Source of the DNA: Geosiphon pyriformis uo1
Taxonomy: Eukaryota; Fungi; Glomeromycota
Length of the DNA stretch: 64,000 nucleotides
Assembly: GCA_016748015.1 (NCBI GenBank)
Contig: JAAOMT010000595.1
Location: forward strand, 255,051 to 319,050
Reading direction: 5' to 3'
The translations under genes were made by a program, and so were the position numbers. This document shows, in pieces, positions 38,675-51,446 of this stretch. The notes beneath the pieces were generated by a model. It did no database searches and was not told where the DNA came from. It worked only from the letters and a program-made list of their open reading frames with translations. Each line of letters begins with the position of its first letter. The stretch's first letter is position 1.

Positions 38675-39745
38675 ATGGCCTCCACGCTCCCTGTATTATG
38701 TCTTTACGAAATATTTCATTGTGTTCTTGAAAAACGGTCCCTTTATTCATGTGCCCAAGTGAGTCGCCATTGGTGTCAAAATGCGATTCCAGTTATGTGG
38801 CGTGAACCACTGCCGGTAGAATCAGCAGGGCCGTTTATTGAGACTTTACTTCGTTGCTTCCCCGAGACCAAATCTGAAAAACCTTTGATGTTCCAATACA
38901 GCTATTTTATTAAACAAATCTCTGTTACTTTATTTTACAAAGCGATTGTTCAATGGGCGAGAATGAATTGGACCTCTGATCAAGAAAAATCTCCTTTGAT
39001 TATTTCCAAGACGCTTCATTTTCTATTGCGTAATTTAATTATTCAGCCGAATGCATTTATTGATCTTGATATTGAATTTGATGAAGAAATTCAGGAAATT
39101 ATCGACAAAGAAAAAAGCGACTTTCAAACCTCAGAATGGAATCTTTTTACGCTTCCTGGTGCCGAGATTTCCCTTGGTCATTTGAAATCCTTAACAATCT
39201 TTGGAAAACAGAATTTAGAAATTCTTTTAATGGCTGGAAAAATTTGTCCTCGGATTGAATCTCTAAAAATTTTCGGAGATCCTCAGCACTTGTTTCCAAT
39301 ATTGCCAAAGTTGGAAAATTTTATTAATCTGAAGGATTTGCACATTGATAACATGGGATTCTATACTTTATGGGCTGAAGATTATCTCAAAGATCTTGCC
39401 AAACAACTGCCTAATACTTTGGAAGGTATATACATTTATGACGACTTAAACTTCTCACCAGATGCTTTAGCGCAATTTTATGAGGGGCTTAAGCATAGAA
39501 GTCTTTTATCCTGCTCCCTACCAAACTCAGAATGCATCTCTGATAAACATTTAGATGTTTTTGCTGAATATGGGAAAGGGAAGCTGACTATTCTTGATAT
39601 CGGTGAGGCTCGATATGTCTCGAGGAAAAAGGCTGACGAGTTACTTGATATGGGCATTATTGTTTATGTGAGAACTTACTGGGATGAGGAAGAATGGGAT
39701 GAGCAATTTAATTTTTTGACTTATCAATTGAGATACCCTTTTTGA
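38675..39745 (+). CDS. F-box/LRR (RNI-like) protein
   Basis: MASTLPVLCLYEIF...LYSCAQVSRHWCQNAIPVMWREP, PLMFQYSYFIKQI, LRR-like C-terminal half. Confidence 0.88.
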   Translation: MASTLPVLCLYEIFHCVLEKRSLYSCAQVSRHWCQNAIPVMWREPLPVESAGPFIETLLRCFPETKSEKPLMFQYSYFIKQISVTLFYKAIVQWARMNWTSDQEKSPLIISKTLHFLLRNLIIQPNAFIDLDIEFDEEIQEIIDKEKSDFQTSEWNLFTLPGAEISLGHLKSLTIFGKQNLEILLMAGKICPRIESLKIFGDPQHLFPILPKLENFINLKDLHIDNMGFYTLWAEDYLKDLAKQLPNTLEGIYIYDDLNFSPDALAQFYEGLKHRSLLSCSLPNSECISDKHLDVFAEYGKGKLTILDIGEARYVSRKKADELLDMGIIVYVRTYWDEEEWDEQFNFLTYQLRYPF

Positions 39746-40250
39746 GTACAGAAGATCCCATCGAAGTGACCTGGGTCTGAGTTTTAGAAATCTGTTTTCA
39801 TTTACTGCAATTTTTATTTCTTGTATTTTAGAGTATTTATAGAACTTTTTTGACATATATATTATTTAGAATCAAATATTTAATTTTGGGGATTCCTTTT
39901 ATCTCTTTTAAATTTTTTCATTGATAGTATGAATCTGAGCCTGAAACTACATAGGAAAATGTTCATCCAAAAGTTCTTTGAGAAATATCCCATATGGAGA
40001 ATTTAGATTCTTTGGTATTTAATTAGATTATGCAAATTCGTATTCTTGAATTGTTGGAACTGTCGACCCATTATTGAATCAGGCATGAATAGATTATTTA
40101 CTAAAAATGGCATCATTTAATAATAAAATTTGAGAAAAGACTTGGGCACTGGTTTTTTAATTATATAAACACTATAATGGAATTGAATAATAATTTAAAT
40201 CAAAAACTTAAAGAGTTCATTTAAATCACGAAAGTTGAAAATTAATTTTA

Positions 40251-41783
40251 TCAATTACTAATATCATCTCTCAACTCCCTATAATTGATCTTAATTACTG
40301 GTATGAAGATTTTTGCATCTCTAAAAGCTGATCTTGTCACATAATAAGCATTGTTTATATTCAGTTCGTACAAATGACTGGCGTATTTTCGCACCACAGC
40401 CAAATGTTTATCAGAGAAAAGCGCTGAATTTGTAAAAGAAAGCCTCTTAAATTTTGCTTCAGTATTTTTGAAAAAGTGCTCCAATGACGCAGGTGAAAAT
40501 TTTAAATTTAAATCAATTGCTAGGTCTATAATTGTGGCTGATAAGATTGAGCCTAAGCGTGGGAGAAATTCCTCAGCTTCAATAGGAGATGTTGACAGTT
40601 CCCGTGTGATATGAAGAGTTTTCAAATGGTTAAAAGAGCGAGCGACCAAAAGGATAGAATCAAGTTCAGGTAATGAACATTCAAAATGGGCTAGATTTAC
40701 AAGGTGTGTGATATAAGACTTTACCAATTCGCTAGATGGAAAGCCACCTTTTATAATGACCCACTTTTTGAGACAGTGTCCAGCATTTTTAGCAAGAGCT
40801 TGAGCAAAGTTAACGCAGTATGTAGTATTATTAATTTCGATACTCTCCAGGCAAGATATTGAATTGGTTTGGATATCTTCTTCCGCAACATCCGCAAAAT
40901 TCCGACAATCTTGAATTAATAAAAATTTCAAATTGACGCATTTCTTAAGTAGTTTGATTAAGGGATATCTGTTAAAATTAAAATCTATGAATTCCAGTTT
41001 AGTCAAGGAACTTGAACATTGGTTTAATCCATGAAATAAAAGGTTGGGATTGCCATTGAATTCAGCAAGTCCAACATGGCTCAGTTTTTTTTGTACTAAT
41101 AGGAGGATGCTCAGAGAATCTGCTCGCTCTTGTGCCACATTTGTGTCTGAATATTGGGAGGAAAGGGTAAGAACCAAGCTTTGAATTTCATGTGAAACCT
41201 TAGCAGCTGATAAAAGCATTTGTGGAGGATAGGCTTCGAGTAAAAACAAAATTTCTAGCTTCCGAAAAGAATTTTCTGCGCCTTCAAACGAAAATACATC
41301 CCATGAGCTGTGATCCCAATTATTTTGGTTAAAAGCGATTGCGTATACAAAGTCACTCGACAACTGTGTAATCTTGGACGAGCAACGAACCAAGTGCCTG
41401 CAAAAGGTATTTAAAACTAAATTTTCAGATGAATTTCCAGCTCTCATTTCACACCAATCAGATATAATCCTTGAGAGGCTTTCAATAGGAAGGTGTCGAA
41501 GAAATTTGGTATATGGAAATAGTGGATGTTGCTGGGCGATTGTTGGTAATCGATTACCAATTTTTTCTTTTTCTTCTCTTGAGAAACAAGCCATTGATAT
41601 ATCGATCAGATGTAAGCAGGATATATTCCCGCTGATAATTTTAAATGGTTCTTGCCACAACCGATGTATGGCATGTTGACACCAATATCGGTTGATAAAA
41701 ATGCAAGCGTATAGAGTCGGTGTGTGATTATCAAGTGCATCAAAAATTTCGTCAAAGCATAGAGTTGGTAAAGTGGAAGCCAT
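40251..41783 (-). CDS. F-box/LRR (RNI-like) protein
   Basis: MASTLPTLCFDEIF...LYACIFINRYWCQHAIHRLWQEPF, PLFPYTKFLRHL, LRR repeats; paralogous to the convergent neighbour. Confidence 0.9.
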   Translation of the reverse strand: MASTLPTLCFDEIFDALDNHTPTLYACIFINRYWCQHAIHRLWQEPFKIISGNISCLHLIDISMACFSREEKEKIGNRLPTIAQQHPLFPYTKFLRHLPIESLSRIISDWCEMRAGNSSENLVLNTFCRHLVRCSSKITQLSSDFVYAIAFNQNNWDHSSWDVFSFEGAENSFRKLEILFLLEAYPPQMLLSAAKVSHEIQSLVLTLSSQYSDTNVAQERADSLSILLLVQKKLSHVGLAEFNGNPNLLFHGLNQCSSSLTKLEFIDFNFNRYPLIKLLKKCVNLKFLLIQDCRNFADVAEEDIQTNSISCLESIEINNTTYCVNFAQALAKNAGHCLKKWVIIKGGFPSSELVKSYITHLVNLAHFECSLPELDSILLVARSFNHLKTLHITRELSTSPIEAEEFLPRLGSILSATIIDLAIDLNLKFSPASLEHFFKNTEAKFKRLSFTNSALFSDKHLAVVRKYASHLYELNINNAYYVTRSAFRDAKIFIPVIKINYRELRDDISN

Positions 41784-42199
41784 GGTTTTTGTATTTTAAA
41801 ACTACATAATAAATACATGATAAATCGAAGATGGAATATATGGTCACAAAGTTTAATGGTGGTTTAATCCGTGTAACGATTAAAATGAGTGATCTTCACC
41901 AATTAAATTTTTTTGCAGAGTCACCTTATACTTGGATAGGTTTCTGTGACCAAGGTCAAATCAAATACAAGATTAAAGAACAAGACTAAGTATCCTTTTT
42001 ATTGAAGCAAGCAAAATAATGTAAAACTTTTTGATATCTATACACAGTTCAATAAGGATAAGTTGTTGGGAGAGAAAATGCCCATTTAATCTTTCAATAG
42101 AAGTACACTCGCTTCCAAATATAGACATTAACAAAGATTTCCAGAGAGTTGTCCCAATTTGTTAATTTAAATTAAAAATTCCAATCCTATTTGGTATTT

Positions 42200-43550
42200 G
42201 TCCCGATTGTCTTGTAATTAATTGAATATTTTAATTTTTTGGCAATTAGTTAAATTTAATACAATGCTTTTGTAATAACTATAAATAATTAAAGATAAAT
42301 AAAATCAAATTGTACATTATTTCTATTTTATTTATTTGCATTATTGCAATAATTTTTATCTTTGTTCTTTTTATTAAAAATCACATTAAATGTATTATTT
42401 AAATTTTTTTTTATAAATTTTTTTTTGTTTTCTTACTGCTTTATTTTGAATATTAAATAAAATGAACTTTACAAAACTAAAATAAAAAAATCTTATTTAT
42501 CTAGTAATTAAAATACAATACAAAAAGATTTGGATTTTATTATAATTATAATAAACAGTAAAAATTTATACTAAAATATTTTAATTTTGATTAAATAATT
42601 TTTTGTTTTTAATCAATTTAGTGTTCTTATTATATTTTTTAATTTATTTTTAATAAATGTTTTTTAAAATAAATTTTTATAAAAATTAATAAGTATTTTT
42701 TAGACAAATTAGTTTATAGTTTATTTTTTACTCATAAAAATAGGATTAAATTATTTTATTGAAATCTTTTTTTGGGTAATTTATAAATTTCAACATAATT
42801 TTTCAGGACATTTTTTATAGCTGTTTAATATTTTTATTTATTACTTTTCAATATTATTATATATATTTTATAATTATTATTGATCAAAATAATATACTAA
42901 TGAATAGCAGAAAAGAAAGAAAAGAAAAGAAAAGAAAAGAATTTAAGCAAATTTCAAAAGAAAATTAATTAATTTTTTTTAAAAAAAATCTGAAAGTTGA
43001 AGAATAATCTATAATTGCCAATAAAAAGAATAAAGCTGCTATAACTCTATGTCTCAATTGGTGCTTTTTAAAATGCGATAACAGATATTAATTATGTTTA
43101 AAAATTATTTATTTAAAAATATAATAAAATTCTTCAGCTAATTTTACCAAATACAAATAAAAAATAAAATTTAACTGTTATTTTGATTTTTTTATTCTAA
43201 AATATTCAGATTCAAAAAGAAGGAAATAAAATAATTAAGAAAAAATTAATAGCTTTTTTTCAAATATTTTTACAGTTTTGTAAAAGTCTTGCTTATATAG
43301 CTTCTAAAAAAGGCAAAATGACCAAATCAATAAATAAGTCAACAATTTATTCAATTATCAGACTATTTATCAAGTCATATTTATTTACTAACATTTTGAC
43401 AATCTTTCTTTCACTTATTATTAATTATTAATCTATTTTGAGTCATTTAATTGATCACATAAAATCTTTTTATAGTTTTTGGTGGATTAACTTTCAAATA
43501 ATGACCACTTAATTTTTATATTATTTGGTCAGTGAAAATTTTATTCTCGG
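42200..43550. repeat. C/G-depleted AT-rich tract, probable nested DNA-transposon relics
   Basis: Composition; short inverted motifs such as TGACCAAAT / ATTTGGTCA near 43319 and 43523. Confidence 0.35.
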
Positions 43551-44802
43551 TTCTCTTAAAACCCACGACCGAAAGTTAGAAAGCTCAATCTTCTTTGGCT
43601 GGTTTTCATCGATGAATTAAAACTAAAAATTGCTAAGGTCGTAACTTCCCCGGGGAGAATTAAAATAAATTTTTTAAATCAAAAATATAACAAAAAATTA
43701 TTAATTGATATTAAAATCTATCATATCAAAATTTGTATTATTTATAATGAACCTGTTTTGAATAAATTTTTTAAATTAAACAAGGCTGTATGGGCCCTTT
43801 TTTATCTCTGAAAGTTATAAAATTATATGACTTTCACAAAAATAATATTTTGATTGCCAAAACTTTTTATTTGATTAATGTGATCCTGCGTGTCTATTCA
43901 TCTATATTTGATAATTAAAATCAATGCAGTCAACGTTAAAGGCTTTAGGTGAAATATTTGAAGGTTCGGGCCTTTGCTCCCGAACAGTATTTAATATTTC
44001 AGCCTGATGTGTTACAGATGACCATATGTTAATTTATAATAAATTTAAAAGAATATCAATCAGTTTTTTTTTGTATAACAATGCTCTAAACCTGGACGCT
44101 TAATGACTAATTTTCTTTGAGATGAAAAAGTATAATTTCTTGTTAGCTTGATATTGTAATCTAGATCTAGCAAAATTCTAACTACAAGTATTTTTTGCTA
44201 ATATTCTCCCTTCTAAATACTTAATGAAAAGTCAAGTTTAAATTTTTTTTAAAATCTTTCAACTTTCCCTCTAATTGTTAAAATTTGCATGCTTCAATTC
44301 AAATAATAAAACAACTTTTCTTCTTGCATGTCTAATATAGGTATAATGTCCAATCGTTTGAGATAAGGACATAACGAATTCCCTAAGAACACATGGAAGA
44401 TGTTTAGATTTTAGTGGGTTAAGTGTTGCATTTGAATAAAAACTTTGGTCCAAAATTTGATGTCTATTTTAAATTATTTTCCCATGTGGTAATTTTCTTT
44501 TTCTGAAAACTAGCTTTTATTTGGTGAGAGCCTTTTAATAGGAGCTTTTTCATGTCTCTCGAAAAAGAAAGTTAAAAAACCTCGTGTAAATAAAGTTACT
44601 TCAATATGATTGGTTAATCAATCTTTTCTTGGTAAAATGATGCATGTTTAAATACTTGTCACTAAAGAAAAGCTTGATGAAATTACGATAATTTTATTTT
44701 TAAAAAATTAAACAGATGCATGATATTAATAATTCCTAAATCTTTGAAAAATTTGTTTCGTATTCTTTCTAACCTTAAAAGTAGCTTTTAACAATTTTAA
44801 AA

Positions 44803-46445
44803 ATGACTAAAAACAACACTTACAGAAATATGGGCAAAGCTTATGAACGCGCAGCAATTAAAAATGAGTGGACTAACGAGGACGGTTCCGTTTTCCCTAT
44901 ATCTGCCGCGAATCTCTTCAAATTTCTTAAAGTGAGGGCTGAAACTTGTACTCCTCGTACCTTAGAAGGATATGTTTCTGCGATAGCCGGATACCAACGA
45001 AGTTATCGTCAGATGGATATAGATTTGGGTGCCCTCAGATCTGATCCGCAAATTCAGAAGCTTGTGAATAAAAACCCAAAGATTTATCGCAACGGTTCAT
45101 TTAAAACTGGTAGGAAATTAAAGAAAAACAAAAAAAAGATGATTGATAAAGTTACTGTCGAATATGAGTACGATGATCCAATGGAAATGTCGATGAATGA
45201 AAATGAATACACTAAAGCTCGTGGTATTGTCTTGAATGATCCTGCTGTTGAAGCGACCGAAAATTTACCTATTCTTGAAGGAAAAGATGTTGGAGATATG
45301 GAAGAAGATCCTTGGGATTCTGGTCAAGGTTAGACTCAACCGCTGGGACTAACAACTTTTTAATAAGAAGGACAATAATTTGATTGGGAAACTTGTTCTA
45401 AAACAAGATGCCGAAGGTGAAGATGAAATTAGCCCTAATGATCAGAGCGAAAGTGCAGTAATTTTGAATCAACAAAACCAAGGTTGGGGAAATATAGAGA
45501 TTTTTTAATTATTGAGGCCTATTAGTTCTTGATTAAGGATGGCATTGCCGCTGGTTGCAACCCAGTTGCAACCAGTTGAAAAATTTTGAAACTCTAAAAA
45601 ATGCTATCTTTATTCTCATCATATAACAAGGGGATCAATTGCAAGAAAATATTATGAGTATTTATATACCAACGTAAAACTTAATATTCGGAATTTTGAA
45701 AACCAATGAGTCATTAAACTAATGTTTTTCCAATAGGATCCTTTGATCCCAAATCTATTTCTGGAATGAATATCTTACATGTGGTGAAATCTGATCAAGG
45801 TGACTTTATTCTCCAGCTCACTAATATTTGATTCGTGCTATATGCTTTAATTCGAAATTTTCAATTTGTCTTATGAAACTGAAGACATGGGTTCGTCGAA
45901 TATTGAAGGTAACAAAACTCTGTAAACTATGATACTTTAAAGTGATGAATTAACGTTGTTTCTCACAATAAATTTAGAACTGCCAAGTGTCCTACCCATT
46001 TTCGCAAAGGCAGCAAACGGCACTCAAGTAGGAGGCTTTTCTTTCAGGTTTATCGTTTTCCTCGGTTCAAAAAATGAATCAATCCTGAATGATTTAATTT
46101 AGGTAGAGTTATGTCGCTTTGACCTATTTTTTCGAATGTCTTTGGCAATTCTTCAAGCTGGATACGTTGGGACTTGCAAATATCATCCCTCTGGTTGTTT
46201 TCAAATCGATAAAGAAAGACACATTTTGCTCACCGAGTCCATGTTAAAAACGTGGGCCATCTTAACGGTAGGCTTAGCTAAATATTTTGTTCAAAATTCT
46301 GGCGACATTTAAATTAGTAATTTATGAAATTTTAATGCAGGCCACAGATAAATCTATAAATCGAGATGAGTTGCCTGAATTTAAAGAGTTGCCAGAGTTT
46401 TGGCATGAAAATGCGGTTTACATTCAACATAAAAATCGGAAATAA
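44803..46445 (+). pseudogene. Multi-exon gene or pseudogene: integrase SAM-like (tyrosine-recombinase core-binding) N-terminal domain plus a C-terminal CxxHxxxC...H...WA domain
   Basis: Exon 1 has LFKFLKVRAETCTPRTLEGYVSAIAGYQ...LRSDPQIQKL. Late exons 46103-46267 and 46341-46445 read GTCKYHPSGCFQIDKERHILLTESMLKTWAILT/ATDKSINRDELP. Middle exons do not splice cleanly (TAA at 45624-45626). Confidence 0.55.
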
Positions 46446-47289
46446 GTAGGTTTGAATTTTATTTTGGTAAGCGTTTCAATAAATCTCGTCAACTTTTTCT
46501 CTAATTCTCGTGAGTCGGAAACGCCAATTCAATTTTGTAGTTGAGAATTTTTTTTTAGTTTGCAAATCATGATTAATGCATTCCAAAGCATGTGGATCCC
46601 CGAAATTTTCACAAAAACATCCAACATTTTGGTGAAGAGAACGACCAGTTTTGATATCAAAAAGAATTTTCAACACATACCAACATGCGAAAAGCTTGCA
46701 ATTTAGCCGGGATCAACTATTAGTTCATAATCATTTCCATTCAGGAATAGGTTATTAATCTATGATGGCACATTTTAGTTTTTAACGCTTTTTAATGTAT
46801 CAAGGCCGGTGGTATAAGTAACTTATTTAAGAAAAATTTTTCCAAAAAATTTGTCAGCTAAATAATTGATTCTTTGAATATTTGTTAAATCATAATAAAA
46901 TATATTATAATTTGAATGTTTCTCAAAAACATTATCATCCATTTTTATTTTTTTATTTTTTAAATATTATAAATTTTAAATTTTAAAATTGATATACAAA
47001 ATTTGAAATATTTTTCGGCCTTTAAAAAAATAAGTTTAAAAGTGGTAATATAATATTGGATTACATTTTAAAACACTAAAAAGTTGAATTAAACTTAAAA
47101 TAATGATGAAATAAATTTTTCTTTTAAACGAAAAAAAGTTAATATTAATAAAAATATTTTAAAAAATAGTAATGACCAACAGTTTTTACCTAATTTATTA
47201 AATATTAAATAAATAAATAAATATATATATATATTCAAATATTCAAATAAAAAAATAGTAATATTATACAAAAATCAAATTGTATTAAA

Positions 47290-47330
<41 letters not shown>

Positions 47331-48686
47331 AATAATCAATTAATATTCAAGTCAATTAATTTTAAAAATTAGATACAACAATATTTTTTATATTTTATTC
47401 TTTTTATTATTTAAATAATTTAAATAAAATAAATATATATATTAATCATATGGTACAGAAATTTATACTTTTTTTACCATTATTTTTTTAATCTAATAAA
47501 AAAGAGTAAAATAATTCTTGCGATTTCGATGTCACGATAAAAGTTTTTTTTTTTCTCTTCTCTTTGAATCGTTAATTTTTGATGATTAATAATCTCAAAA
47601 AGTTCGTATTTATTCTGTACATATTTAAGGGGAATTCCCTTTTTTTACCGAAATTTAGTTCTAGATCTTGGTTGAAATGATTTTTTCAAAAAAAAAAAAG
47701 AATATTCGATTCAAACCAATTTTTAACTAATAAAGTATATTTTGACAAAATAATGAAATTTGAAATAAAAATAACATATTAAATTCGTATTTGTTTGAAA
47801 ATGGCGTCTTGATTCTTCCAAAGTTTCGGAAGATCTAAAATGATATATGGATTATATGGATCATATTTTGCTCTAAAAAAAAAAATTTCTTTGTATAATG
47901 TTTAATAATTTGGAAATTTTTTTCCCCAAAAATAATTTATTAATTAAAAAGCAAGAATAAAATAAATAATTATATGTATGTATTTATCAATAGGTCAAAA
48001 AGAATCTAGAACTTTTTTAATGGTCTTTTCAATATCGATATCAAGAATCACCCAAAAAAAAAATATTTATGGGATTACGGCTAAATTGGTTTTTAGAATA
48101 GATCTAGGATAAATTTAAAGAAGATTTCTCGTTTCGAAAGTATTTAATTAAAAAAAATATATATTAAGTGAATCAAAGTTTCATCATAAATTATTGTTTA
48201 TGATGATGGATAGGGATAAAATCTTTTTCAAGATTAATTTTAGTCAGTTATTCAATTTTCCAGATTCTGTAATAAAGAAATCAGGCTTAATTTATCCCCC
48301 GTAAGCCGATAAATTGAGTCTAGACCTTCAAAAAAAGAAAAATTGTGGAATAAATAATTCAAAGACGCCTAGTTCTATTGCAACGTTTGGATATTTTTGT
48401 AAGATTGCAATTAAAATGTACAATAGGAAAATGATGGAGACAAAAAAAGACATGAAAGAATTGCGTCTTCTTACATTCTGAATTCTCAAAAAGGAGTCAA
48501 ACGGCATAAACATTTTTCGAAATTCTTTTTTTTAATTATTTACACATGAGAATTTTTTGAAATTGATTCTAGATTAATGCAGAAGCAGCAGGCGTATTAA
48601 AACAAAACAACCATTTCAAGTGTCGGGTGTTTTTCTAAATATGAATTACTGAGAAATTGGTTGTTTTCATAAGATTCTTTATGGAA

Positions 48687-48687
<1 letters not shown>

Positions 48688-48734
<47 letters not shown>
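48688..48734 (+). repeat. Poly-A run (47 nt)
   Basis: Direct observation. Confidence 0.95.
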
Positions 48735-48736
<2 letters not shown>

Positions 48737-49235
48737 CAACCATATTTCTGAGATTCATTGTTGTAACAAATAGAATTCAAAAATGCAAGTGTAAAACAAG
48801 AATGAAAGTTTTTATGATAATTACTGTTTCTTTGCATATATTTCTCAGCAATGGCAAAATTTTCTTTTATGACTTAATTGTGCTCAAGTTTTACCCCACA
48901 GTCTTAAGACTAAGCAAAGATCACAAGTTCCCGGTACTGCAGTTTCGTTAACTGAGCAATTGGTCTAGACTCAAGTTTACACGGAAACACCTGATACAAA
49001 TCATAACATTTGAAGCCTCGTTTTTTTTTTTTTTTAATTGTCTTTACTAAGACAATTAAAAAAATCTGTTTTGATGACAAAAAAAATTTTTGGGAAAAAA
49101 CTTGAGCACAGAAATTTTGTTTTATCTAAATAAGTATTATAAATGACTTTTTTACCCTAGACGTGGCTGATTTTCATGCAATGATCTTCTGAGCAAAAGT
49201 CTATGCGTCTGATAATTTTGATTCATTTGATAGTA

Positions 49236-49279
49236 ACATCAACATCAACATCAACATCAACATCAACATCAACAACATC
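49236..49279 (+). repeat. (CATCAA)n hexanucleotide microsatellite
   Basis: Direct observation. Confidence 0.9.
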
Positions 49280-49905
49280 CCTTAATTGATTTTCGGATCT
49301 CCAGGAATTTTCCATCTTCTGCAAGAATTACAGAAATGGAGGAATCCTTGTTTGAACCTCTTCTAGGTTTCTACTAGCAATAATTTCAAAATAAAAATTG
49401 GTCAAATATTTAGCCTTCTAAAAATAGTAATACCGAATCAATTTCAAGGTTGTTGTTTTTTGTCTCCTTGCCTCTTTCCATTTTGAATCTTACATCAATG
49501 TTGATAAGTCAACGATTGTTTCCCAGGGATTAGGAATTTAAAGCTTGCTTTGAATTATCAAATCAATTAACGAGTAAAAGAATTGAAATTTTAAATTCTA
49601 AAGACGAGCAACTCCTAAAAAAAACCCACACCAGGCATACCACAACTCGCCAATTGGGTATGGGCTATTAAGTGTTTTTACTTGAGGAACGGTTCGATTT
49701 TCAAATTTTCATATCTTTTTGAATTCTTTCTGGCTGAATTAAAAAACAGAGTAAAAAATTATTTCTTTGCACGTTTCTTCTTTGTTAAATTAAGAATGAC
49801 AGATTGAGAGTAAAAAGAAGAAGATGTAGTACCTGTAGCATGGTAGTTTTGAACGCAAAGACTTGAATGTGGGAAAACTATTAGTGAGATTTGACATCAT
49901 TACAC

Positions 49906-49921
49906 AATAATAATAACAGTA

Positions 49922-49974
<53 letters not shown>

Positions 49975-50002
49975 GTAATATAATAATAATAATAATAATA
50001 AT
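49906..50002 (+). repeat. (AAT)n microsatellite
   Basis: Direct observation. Confidence 0.95.
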
Positions 50003-51092
50003 AGATATTTCAAAAAGCTTACAATTGTACTCGTACTACTACTACTAGTTCTATTTAAAATATTCTTTCTCAAAAAAACCTGAATTTTAAAAAAATAAAT
50101 AAATACTTTTTGGCCTTTTTAGGGAGTTCATTCTCGCTCGCTACATTTATTTGACAGGTAGGCCTAGACTCCTCAATGAATTATATATATCAGTTTTATG
50201 CAGATGATTGTGATTTTATTTTATTTTTTAATCTCTAAAATAAAATTATCTTACCTTGAAATCATTGATTAATCAAAATAAACTTGAGTCATCACGATGA
50301 CGTTCATAAGTAAAAGCTCTTTGACTTTATTATTATAATATACACAATAGAAAACAATGAAAATTATTGATATATATATATATGTGATTCTCCGAATTTA
50401 AACGAATCGGGAATTCGGTAATGACCTAACTAGTATGCTCTTGCCGTTTTTATCCTCATAGCTAATTTATGGGTGGGGGAAAAAGAAAATAATTTTAAAT
50501 GAAAAGAAGAGGACAGAATAAATTATTTGGATTAATTACAAAAATAAATTTTTTTTCCATTAAAAGAATTTATCGTTTTAAAAAAGAAAATCAATTAAAG
50601 AAAAAAAAAATTTTTCCTTTATTAAAAAAGTTTTAATTAATCACGTTTTTTGTAAACTAATCACGAGACAACTATAGATTACTCGATATTCTTGGAAATT
50701 AGGTGAATTTCACAAACAAAATTCACATTTTGATGGAAAAAATCATAAAATGGTGAGTCTAGAACAGACTAAATTGCTGGCGTTATTGTTACAATTGGCG
50801 TGTGCTCTTTTTTTTTTCATGGAATATTCATGCAAGTTGAATTTAATGTAACACAAAAATACGGTAAAAACCTGGTATTTTAATACTTGATAGATAGAAG
50901 GGTAAAATGATTGTAAGCTTATTTGATATCAAATATGTTGTGGTCAATAATGATATATAATCATTGATAAGGGTATCAATATTATTATAAGTGATCAACT
51001 GATGCCTGCATCACTATTTTTTTTGCATAATATGCACAATTGACAAAGGAAAAAATACCAAGGGTCTAGGCAATCAATCAATCATTCATTGA

Positions 51093-51129
<37 letters not shown>

Positions 51130-51332
51130 GAGGAAGTCATGTAAAATGATTCTGATAAATAGAATTTTGAAATTTTTTTTTTACAAATTCACTTCAAATC
51201 ACGTATTTGATAGGCGATATTTGGTTGGTTTCAAGGTTTTACTAATATTTTCTGGCATTGATGAACGGGGGATAGATTTTAAAAGAAACGTTTGATAATT
51301 TAAAGGCTTCTAAATATCATGAGAAAATCTTT

Positions 51333-51446
51333 TATACTATTACTACTACTACTACTATTTGTACTATTATTATTATTATTATTACTACTATTACTATTAT
51401 TATTATTATTATTATTATTACTATTATTATTATTATTATTACTATA
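51333..51446 (+). repeat. Compound (TAT/TAC)n microsatellite
   Basis: Direct observation. Confidence 0.95.

Noticed and set aside
42142-43051. TIR pair CAGAGAGTTGTCCC / ATAACTCTATG
   Set aside because: Too many mismatches and no target-site duplication
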